A DNA stretch of 64,000 nt, taken from the NCBI GenBank assembly GCA_000004985.1, contig GG738873.1, one strand, 5' to 3'. Under the pieces are notes generated by a model. It saw nothing but the letters and a program-made list of their open reading frames with translations, searched no databases and had not been told where the DNA came from. Shown here one piece after another: positions 56,343 to 64,000 of this stretch; position 1 is the first letter of the stretch, and each line of letters opens with the position of its first letter. A program made the position numbers and the translations under genes. This stretch comes from Naegleria gruberi (lineage: Eukaryota).

Positions 56343-58703
56343 ATGTTGAAACGATTCCTCAGTGCTAGTGTTGCTCATCATCACTATTCGAACACAACCT
56401 CATCATCAACAATACTCTCATCGGTAATTCCTTCAGGTAAAAATTTTGCCAATAATGCCTCTTCATTAGTATTAAATTTGAGAAATTATTCTTCGTCATC
56501 TTCTCAAGATAAGAAAGTTTCATCTCTAAAACACACAACACGTCAAAAGGATATTAAAAGTAATCAAGATAGTACGGATTCTCTCGGAAATATTATGTTT
56601 GAATTACCAAGTGATAAAATCAGAAATGTAGGAATTATTGCTCATATTGATGCTGGAAAAACAACAACAACTGAAAGAATGCTTTATTATAGTGGATATA
56701 GTTCTCATTTGGGAAATGTTGATGATGGTGATACAATTACTGATTATATGCCACAAGAACAAGAAAGAGGTATCACCATTACAAGTGCTGCAATTACATT
56801 TAAATGGAAGGATCATAGAGTTAATTTAATTGATACTCCTGGTCACGTTGACTTTACTTTTGAAGTGGAAAGATCAGTGAGTGTTTTGGATGGTGCTGTT
56901 GCAATTTTTGATGTTGTCAATGGTGTGGAAGCTCAAAGTAAGACAGTTTGGAGACAAGCAGATAGATATAATGTACCAAGAATTGTTTACATGAATAAGA
57001 TGGATAAAATTGGAGCTAATTTTGAAACAGCAATTGAAACCTTGTTGGAAAGATTGCCAAGTTGTCCAACCCCAATTCCTATTCAATTACCTAGTGGAAC
57101 AGAAGATGCTTTCAATTCAGTTTTTGATTTGATTGAATTGAAGGAATATGTTTTCACAGGTGATGAATCTAGAACTTATAACATTAAACCAATTCAGGAA
57201 AAGGATTTAGCAAGAGTTACGGAAGCAAGAGAAACAATGATTGATACTATTGCTAGTCTTGATGATGAATTAGGAGAAAAATATTTAAACGAGGAAGAAA
57301 TTACATCTGAGGATATTCACAATGCTGTCAGAAGAGTTACAATTGAGAGAAAGGGTATTCCAATTTTCTGTGGAAGTTCATTGAAGAATAAGGGAGTTCA
57401 ACAAGTTATGGATGGTATTGTGAGATATCTTCCTGGTCCAAAAATTGATGAAGCTTCAAAGCAAAGAGAATTGAATGCCTTTGCCTTCAAGGTTATTAAC
57501 GATGTACAAAGAGGGTTATTGGTATTCGTTAGAGTTTATAGTGGTTCTGTTGATATCACTAAATCTCCAGCAATTTTCAATCACTCAAAGAATCAAAAGG
57601 AAAGAATTGGTAAAGTTTATCAAATGCATGCCAACGTTCCTCAAGAAGTCAAGAAAATCTCAGCTGGTAACATTGGTGTCCTTGTTGGTTTGAAAGAAAC
57701 AGGTACAGGTGATATTCTTGTTGCTAAACAAGGATCCAAGACTGACCCGTCAATTCCACAACTTTCTGTTCCAAAACCTGTTTTCTTCTGTTCAATAGAG
57801 GCTGAAAATAGTGCAGATCAAGATGCTCTCGATAATGCCTTGTCAATTATGCAAAAGGAAGACCCAAGTTTACAAATTACAAATAATGAAGAAACCAATC
57901 AAACACTTGTGAGTGGTATGGGTGAATTGCATTTGGAAATTATTAAGGATAGAATTTTAACAGAATACGGTATCAATGTTGAAATGGGTGAGGTACAAAT
58001 TTCATACAGAGAAACACTTACTGTCGAATCACCAGTCACATATTTGGAATTTGATAAGAAACTCACCACTGGAAAGAGACTTTATGCTAGGTTGTGGATT
58101 AAAGTTGGTCCTGCCGAATCTGGTGTAGGAAATAACGTCGAGTTTGATTGGGATGAGGATAAATGTACTCCAGACATGAAGACTATCAAGAAATTTGAAA
58201 AATCCATTAGATATGGTCTTGAAAGTAGTTTCATGAGAGGTGCTCTCTTGGGATATCCAATCGAAGAAATCAAGGTTACAGTTGTTGGAGCATCAGTTTT
58301 GGATGAGAATAGAGAACAAATCGTTGTAGGAGAAGAATTACAAAATCAATCATTTATTCAATGTGCCCACTCATTGTTTACTAAGATTTTGAAGGACAAT
58401 GAACAGAGTGCCAGACTTTTGGAACCATATATGAATTTGGAAATTGAAACAGATAGAGCATATATTGGTACAATTATGTCAGATTTGACAGGTTCTAGAA
58501 GAGCTAAGATTAAGGGTATGCAAGCTAGAAATGACCTCACAGTTATTTCAGCAGAAGTACCACTCAGTGAAATGATTGGATACAGTTCTCATTTGAGATC
58601 ACTCACATCTGGTCAATGCCACTATCATATGGACTTTGCTAGATATGAAACTTTACAACAAGAATATCAAAGAAAGCTCATTACAAAACTGAGAGGTTAT
58701 TAG
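56343..58703 (+). CDS. Mitochondrial elongation factor G2 / ribosome-releasing factor 2 (GFM2-like translational GTPase)
   Basis: G-domain motifs AHIDAGKTTTTE, DTPGHVDF, NKMD. The N-terminal block (IRNVGIIAHIDAGKTTTTERMLYYSGY…VDDGDTITDYMPQEQERGITI) closely matches the GFM2/RRF2mt family. An N-terminal presequence-like extension precedes the G domain. Confidence 0.8.
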   Translation: MLKRFLSASVAHHHYSNTTSSSTILSSVIPSGKNFANNASSLVLNLRNYSSSSSQDKKVSSLKHTTRQKDIKSNQDSTDSLGNIMFELPSDKIRNVGIIAHIDAGKTTTTERMLYYSGYSSHLGNVDDGDTITDYMPQEQERGITITSAAITFKWKDHRVNLIDTPGHVDFTFEVERSVSVLDGAVAIFDVVNGVEAQSKTVWRQADRYNVPRIVYMNKMDKIGANFETAIETLLERLPSCPTPIPIQLPSGTEDAFNSVFDLIELKEYVFTGDESRTYNIKPIQEKDLARVTEARETMIDTIASLDDELGEKYLNEEEITSEDIHNAVRRVTIERKGIPIFCGSSLKNKGVQQVMDGIVRYLPGPKIDEASKQRELNAFAFKVINDVQRGLLVFVRVYSGSVDITKSPAIFNHSKNQKERIGKVYQMHANVPQEVKKISAGNIGVLVGLKETGTGDILVAKQGSKTDPSIPQLSVPKPVFFCSIEAENSADQDALDNALSIMQKEDPSLQITNNEETNQTLVSGMGELHLEIIKDRILTEYGINVEMGEVQISYRETLTVESPVTYLEFDKKLTTGKRLYARLWIKVGPAESGVGNNVEFDWDEDKCTPDMKTIKKFEKSIRYGLESSFMRGALLGYPIEEIKVTVVGASVLDENREQIVVGEELQNQSFIQCAHSLFTKILKDNEQSARLLEPYMNLEIETDRAYIGTIMSDLTGSRRAKIKGMQARNDLTVISAEVPLSEMIGYSSHLRSLTSGQCHYHMDFARYETLQQEYQRKLITKLRGY

Positions 58704-58715
58704 GCTCTTTATAAA

Positions 58716-59657
58716 TTAAATACTTTCTTTTTGATACTCTTCTGTTGTTACTCGTTTGTAATTAGATCCACAAATTATACAAGAAACGGAAAATCTTTTA
58801 GCCCAAGGTGACAGTGGCATGTAGGTGCTTATTCTGCCACAGAACTTGCATTCCTTAATTGGCATGCTATTACTTGGAGTACTAGATTGTCTCTTTTGTG
58901 GGAATTCAACAATAGGACCTTTCTTAGTGATACAATCATAAAACTTTTTGTGTGGTAAAATATCATACCCTTGTTTGAAAAGGAATCCTCTAAAGTTAGG
59001 TGCAAGATCCAAAAACTCAATATATTGTTGTGTTGAATATTGACAAATATACTCATTAGATCCAAAATTAGAGGATTGTAAAATTGATTTCCATGTTTCA
59101 ACATCCAAATAATTATTGGTCTTTAGAGCAGGGTTAGCTGCCAAAGACCAATAAAATTGAACAACTTGTGTAATTGTTTGTTGACTGAATATGAATGAAT
59201 CCACCTTGTTGTGTGTAACAACTACTGAAATTAAATACGCATAGAATGATAATTCCTTCAGAACATCCATTGAAATCTTGGATTTAATGAGTGAACTCTT
59301 TAAATTGCTGTTAATCAAAATGATAATTAGCAAACGTACCAAAAAGTATACAGAAATAGCGTGCTTTTTTTCAGTGGCTGGTTCATTAACAAGATCAGTG
59401 GCTGCTTTCTTTACGAACAGCAATAATCGAATACACCAGTTAGCAAATGGAGCAAATGGTAAAAGAACATTAGGATCCCTAAAGTTTCCAACCTTTTCAT
59501 CAATAATCTTTTTAACATTCTCAAATGATGCATCATTAAGCTGTTTATCAAAATTAGGAACAACTCTGTCATTTCTAATGACCTCTGTGATAGTCTTTGC
59601 ATATACCATAGATTGCATGTAAATACTGTGACCTCTCTTTGCAGCACTTGCACTCAT
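58716..59657 (-). CDS. Hypothetical protein with a C-terminal Cys4 zinc-ribbon (CKFCGR…CIICGS)
   Basis: 313-aa ORF. ATG after a short intergenic gap. No family assigned. Confidence 0.4.
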   Translation of the reverse strand: MSASAAKRGHSIYMQSMVYAKTITEVIRNDRVVPNFDKQLNDASFENVKKIIDEKVGNFRDPNVLLPFAPFANWCIRLLLFVKKAATDLVNEPATEKKHAISVYFLVRLLIIILINSNLKSSLIKSKISMDVLKELSFYAYLISVVVTHNKVDSFIFSQQTITQVVQFYWSLAANPALKTNNYLDVETWKSILQSSNFGSNEYICQYSTQQYIEFLDLAPNFRGFLFKQGYDILPHKKFYDCITKKGPIVEFPQKRQSSTPSNSMPIKECKFCGRISTYMPLSPWAKRFSVSCIICGSNYKRVTTEEYQKESI

Positions 59658-59700
59658 ACTAATTCAATATTGTTAATAGTTCATGAAAATCCCAAATAAC

Positions 59701-61257
59701 TTACAAATAAATAGAAAATATAAACATTTCTAAAGAATAAATATAAATAACATTCTTGGAAGAATTTTCCAATTTCAATCTGCATTGTTCAAATTCTGCT
59801 CCAATAGTTGTAATTTCCTCAGGAGACACCAATTTTTTGATTGATGCAAATAAATCCCATCTGTCGTAATTGTTAATAAGACATAAATTAAGCATATTGA
59901 TATACTCTGCATTGGATCTCTTTTGTAATGGGAAGAGTCTAACTTTCATAGATGAATCTAAAACAGCAATAACACAACAATTTGGGGATATATCTGCATC
60001 ACAAATTGTGGTATCAACAGGTTCCTCTGTCAGTTTTCTCTTTTTTGGTAATGGATTATTAATAGGTTCTTCCAATATTAATTCATCAGTTTCTCCTTTG
60101 GTATCTATTGTTTGGTAGTGCTTGAAGGACATTATTTCTGCAGCATATTTATATACATGGACTTTAGTGGTATCTGTAAATAATAAATAATTTCCATCAA
60201 TTGAAGTTTTAAATGAGAGCATTTCGGCTTTAAGAGGAGTAAAGTGCTTATCTTCTCTCCAATATTTTAGGGCGTGGGTTATATCGTCTTTAGAGTCTTT
60301 GGAATCTTTAAATTGCAAGCTTTGATCTCCTGCACTGGTCATTACTGCTTTCAAGCTCATTCTTTTAGGGTATTGGTGATAAATCATATATTTGTTATCT
60401 TGGGTCTGTATCATGATCTTATTCTTATATGGAATCAAGTATAGACCTGCAACAAGACCATCTATTGAGAAGCAAGTTCTCGAAATTAATATTAAATTAT
60501 TTGGAAGGGTAGTATCTACATTTCTACCTCTTTCAATGGCTAACTTTGCAACATGAATAGTTGAACTATCTCTTTCTGAACATATTACACAAATATTTCC
60601 ATCTTCCAATATTGTGAAATCTGCACAAATAAGTCCATTTAAATTCAATTGAATACTAGAAGTTACCCATTTGTATTTTGAATGGTCATAGAAATAAAAT
60701 AAAACCTCTCCATGGCTTGTGATGGCAATAAATGAACGAGTTCCACTTGGTAAATTAACAATTGATGAATATTTTCGGGTGTATCTAGCTTCCAATTCTG
60801 GTGAATCATTATTAATTGTTGTATTGTCATTAAGATAAGTAATAACATTGTCACACCATTTACAACACAATACATTCTCGCAATAAAAAGTCTTTCTTAA
60901 ATGATAATCGTTAACACATTGATTGACACATTTCCACAAAGTAATAGTATTGTATCTATCATGAGACAATAACATTCCAACTCCTTGAGAAAGTTGCCAA
61001 TTTAATCCTCTAACTTCATCATACAAATGATTTGACGGAATTTTCTCCACTTTTGATGGTTCATTCGGATCCACAACAAAAATCTTGTTCTGTGTAGAAT
61101 AGGATAACATGTTATGCTTGTTGAAGGAAATTACTCCCTTTGGTACAAATTTACTTAGTTCGATCGGTTTTTCATCATCAATAGTACCATTCATCAAACT
61201 TTCCGTTCCATTAGCAACAAGAGAAAAACAACTTCCCTCTTGTGATGATCCGAGCAT
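59701..61257 (-). CDS. Hypothetical 518-aa protein (possible β-propeller-type fold); the 3' end may involve a short intron
   Basis: Long ORF with ATG at 61257. No diagnostic motif recognised. Confidence 0.4.
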   Translation of the reverse strand: MLGSSQEGSCFSLVANGTESLMNGTIDDEKPIELSKFVPKGVISFNKHNMLSYSTQNKIFVVDPNEPSKVEKIPSNHLYDEVRGLNWQLSQGVGMLLSHDRYNTITLWKCVNQCVNDYHLRKTFYCENVLCCKWCDNVITYLNDNTTINNDSPELEARYTRKYSSIVNLPSGTRSFIAITSHGEVLFYFYDHSKYKWVTSSIQLNLNGLICADFTILEDGNICVICSERDSSTIHVAKLAIERGRNVDTTLPNNLILISRTCFSIDGLVAGLYLIPYKNKIMIQTQDNKYMIYHQYPKRMSLKAVMTSAGDQSLQFKDSKDSKDDITHALKYWREDKHFTPLKAEMLSFKTSIDGNYLLFTDTTKVHVYKYAAEIMSFKHYQTIDTKGETDELILEEPINNPLPKKRKLTEEPVDTTICDADISPNCCVIAVLDSSMKVRLFPLQKRSNAEYINMLNLCLINNYDRWDLFASIKKLVSPEEITTIGAEFEQCRLKLENSSKNVIYIYSLEMFIFSIYL

Positions 61258-61362
61258 TTTTTTTAATTAATTTGAAATTATTTTTTTATAAAACTTAAAT
61301 ACAATTTTAAATCTATTAATAGTTGTCAATAGTTGAATGAAAAAGTATTGAAATTTTTGGAG

Positions 61363-62379
61363 CTAACTAATGTTTTGAGTGGGATAATTAACAATCTTGC
61401 TTAAAATAGTGGCAAATTGAATGCATTCTTGAACTGAGTTTGGATTGCAGCTCACTATTGAAACCATATTCGATTCTCCAAAGAAATCACCTTTTAAACT
61501 CTTGACAAATGAACATCCTTTGAGTGGTATGATGGGTTGTTGACATAGATCCAATGATCTTGCAATAGGCTTCAATTGTTTAAACACACAAGTCAATTCT
61601 TCACATTGATAATTGACCATTCGAATAAATTTCAATTGACTCTTATGAATGTGCTCTTTCTTTTCATTTTCATCCATGATTCTCCTATCCACTTCTATTA
61701 AAATATAATTTGACATTGTAAATGATGACGTTTCCTTTTGATTGTAGAAACAAGATGTGTTAAATAAACATCTTTCCAAAAATTCCAATGAATCTTTCAA
61801 ATTGAAAAGTGAAATCTTTGAATAGCCGTGAAGAATTGGTTCCTCATTGCTCTGAAATTTAATTACAGGAAAGTTTGCACTTAAAATATCATGAAATCGT
61901 TCACCTGTTAAGCAGAGACAAGATGCTTTGAGTGAAACTGAACTTTTCTGATCAGAAAATAAATGTTCAAACGATTGTTGTATCATTCCATTCATATCAT
62001 CATGTGTATTTCCCATCATTCTATGTCATTCATAACCAATTAATAGAAGAAAATATTAGAATTCAATTTGAAAGTAATCTTACATGTTCATATGGCTGAC
62101 ATCCTCTACAATCATAACAGTTCCATTGTATCCATGGAGTGTTTTATCAATGGTTGGCATGATTGCTTCTTTGAAATATATATTACAATTGACAGGACTT
62201 CATTCTTAAGAGAATTAGAATTTCTTGAAAACTTACTCTTCCACAACTCCATCATATTGATATTCTCTATTATTTTTCAAGTCAACAATGCACTTTCCCT
62301 TGTTGTCCTTAATTTCCATGTCTGTCAATTGATTACCATCATAAACATGCAAGACAACCACTGCTTGACTTTTAGACAT
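61363..62379 (-). CDS. Kinesin-like motor-domain-only protein A (~325 aa, 3 exons) with degenerate P-loop and switch II
   Basis: Exon 1 is 62379→62237 (MSKSQAVVV…YQYDGVVEE, donor GA|GTAAGT). Exon 2 is 62198→62084 (DPVNCNIYFKEAIMPTIDKTLHGYNGTVMIVEDVSHMN). Exon 3 is 62010→61363 (…SNYILIEV…IPLKGCSFVKSLKGDFFGESNMVSIVSCNP…). It retains kinesin landmarks F.FD.VF, GYNGT, SSRSH-like and HIPYRDSKLT-like segments, but GQTGSGKT is absent. Confidence 0.55.
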
Positions 62380-62427
62380 TTTTTAATTGTGAAGAGATTA
62401 AAAAGTGTGACACATTGTGACTTGTTA

Positions 62428-63514
62428 TTAATGTTTATGAACAGATTCTGTTGCAATATGCTTCTTAGGATGATTAACAATCTTTGAGAATGATGAAGCA
62501 ATTTGAATAGTTTTCAAAATTTGTTGTTTTGTTGTTCCAATACTAAATACGATTGATGTATTCGAATTGCCGCCTAAACCTTCTCTCAAGCTATGTGTCA
62601 GAACATTATCTCTGTATGGAATGAATTTTTCACCTGTTGTCAATCTGTTTACCACAGACAAAAACTGATCATAAGTTTTTGCCATTTCCAATCCTAGTTT
62701 GGAAGTTTCCAAAAAGTAATTCATAATATCCACAAACTTGATTTCACTCTTCAAAATTTGAAAACTTTTATCCTCTTCCTTCCATTCTCTTTGCTCAATT
62801 TCAATAATCATATAATAAACAGCATGTCTAGTATTTGTCGATCCATGTTGAGTAGCAAAAAGTGTTGAATGTTTCATTCCAGCATTCACCAATTCATTCA
62901 CAACTTTCATTGAGAGAACAGGAACTCTTTTCAATCCTTCAAAGCAAAGTGTCTTGTTAGGTAATTCCTTAAATTTAACTCTCGGAGTTGTTGAATCCAA
63001 AACATCATAAAATAATTGATTACACAACATTAGGGAGGAGGCATAAATTGTGACTTGATCGTGCTTTCCTTCAATCATTTCAAACAACTTTTCAAAGGTG
63101 TGAAATATTAAGCCCTTCTCATGACGCATTAATCTGTTTATGGGATAAAGAGCATTAAGAAAATTTAGATAATTACAAAGCTAGATATAAATACTAACGT
63201 TTTTCTATGAGCCTCATCTTCAAATAATAAAACAGTTCCATCAAAACCTAACATGGCTTGTTCAACAATTGGTTTCACAGCAACATTAAACAATTCTGAA
63301 CAATCTACAGGACTAACTCATCCGATATAAATAATAACAAAATCCATTCATTCAATGTGTATACTTACTCTTCAAATACTCCATCAAAAGGATACTCAGT
63401 TGTTGGCCACGTATTAAAATCTCTCATAATTTTCCCTTCCTTAATGCCCATATTAATGTCATCCGAGTAGTCATTCCAATCAAAAGCTTGAATATACACT
63501 GAAAGTGGTTTCAT
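62428..63514 (-). CDS. Kinesin-like motor-domain-only protein B (~325 aa, 3 exons), paralog of A, also with a degenerate P-loop
   Basis: Exon 1 is 63514→63369 (MKPLSVYIQ…EYPFDGVFEE, donor GA|GTAAGT). Exon 2 is 63312→63199 (DPVDCSELFNVAVKPIVEQAMLGFDGTVLLFEDEAHRKT, donor AC|GTTAGT). Exon 3 is 63133→62428 (…HGSTNTRHAVYYMIIEIE…KFVDIMNYFLETSKL…FIPYRDNVLTHSLREGLGGNSNTSIVFSIGT…SFSKIVNHPK). Confidence 0.55.
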
Positions 63515-63792
63515 TTTTTTTTAAATTGTGAAATCTCCAAATTAGTTCTTCCTTAGTGTTAAATTTGGAAGTTCCACATAAGGGCATCATCTTTTCAATT
63601 TGCCTTAAATTGATCCAAATTAAAAACAAGATAAAAAATTGGTGTGTTTCAGATTTTGTGATCAAGTAGCAAGCATGCATGGATCCAACCAATAATACTG
63701 TAGCAATTATTGTAAAGACATTAAAGATATTACAAAATGTATTTAAATATTTAAAAAATTCTATTTTTATTCAAAAACACAAATTAAAAAAA

Positions 63793-64000
63793 ATGGCATT
63801 AGCGTTCCTCAATCTAAAATCCTTTCACCCTCTGAACAAGCAAAATCAGAGAAAGAAATGGATAGCGGAACAACAAGAAAAAGCAAAACGTAAACTTGCC
63901 GAACAACGTATCAAAGAATTAGCAGATGAACAAGAATTATATAAAGAGGAAAAAGTCAAGCTAATACAAAACAAGGTAACAAAGAAGCAATCATCAGAAT
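63793..64000 (+). CDS. N-terminal exon (3'-partial) of a CWC25/CIR-family pre-mRNA splicing factor
   Basis: A-rich Kozak ATG. MALAFLNLKSFHPLNKQNQRKKWIAEQQEKAKRKLAEQR… matches the Cir_N motif (LNLKKSWHP…N.E.VW.AEQ). Donor AAG|GTAACA lies near 63990. Confidence 0.5.
   Translation, partial: MALAFLNLKSFHPLNKQNQRKKWIAEQQEKAKRKLAEQRIKELADEQELYKEEKVKLIQNKVTKKQSSE

Noticed and set aside
1-64000. Prokaryote-style defence islands, CRISPR arrays, operons, and tRNA/rRNA genes
   Set aside because: Spliceosomal introns with GTAAGT…AG boundaries, A-rich Kozak contexts, a eukaryote-specific gene set and monocistronic spacing show a eukaryotic nuclear locus. I found no direct-repeat/spacer periodicity, and no tRNA B-box (GGTTCGAnTCC) was visible by eye.

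Overview
This window is a gene-dense, AT-rich eukaryotic nuclear region, not prokaryotic. Three things point to a dictyostelid-type social amoeba. Start codons sit in A-rich context (aaaaaaaATG). Coding regions contain Asn-rich and Ser/Thr-rich low-complexity tracts. There is a RegA-type fusion of a response-regulator receiver domain to a cyclic-nucleotide phosphodiesterase. Introns are very short, about 30–65 nt with GTAAGT…AG boundaries, apart from one exceptional intron of about 470 nt.

I can support about 35 protein-coding genes. They include:
- a ~2.4-kb gene for a receptor-like Ser/Thr kinase with NHL repeats, EGF-like repeats and a transmembrane helix;
- ABCE1, mitochondrial EF-G2, PRPP synthetase, GH38 alpha-mannosidase, TFIIH p34, Fis1, a PEX16-like protein, MYCBP, NDUFAF2, an SDR39U1 epimerase, a C-N hydrolase, an IAH1-like esterase and a DUF4116-repeat protein;
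- an AtRGS1-like 7TM-RGS protein;
- a tandem pair of beta-lactamase-family hydrolase modules that abut an intronless 744-aa transposase-like ORF;
- a tandem pair of motor-domain-only kinesin-like genes with degenerate ATP-binding motifs.

I could not recognise any rRNA, tRNA or CRISPR. One assembly gap (N-run) is present, and at least two probable single-base frameshifts sit in homopolymer or repeat tracts. Note that the supplied ORF track uses alternative start codons (TTG/GTG shown as M); many true starts are downstream ATGs or lie in upstream exons.
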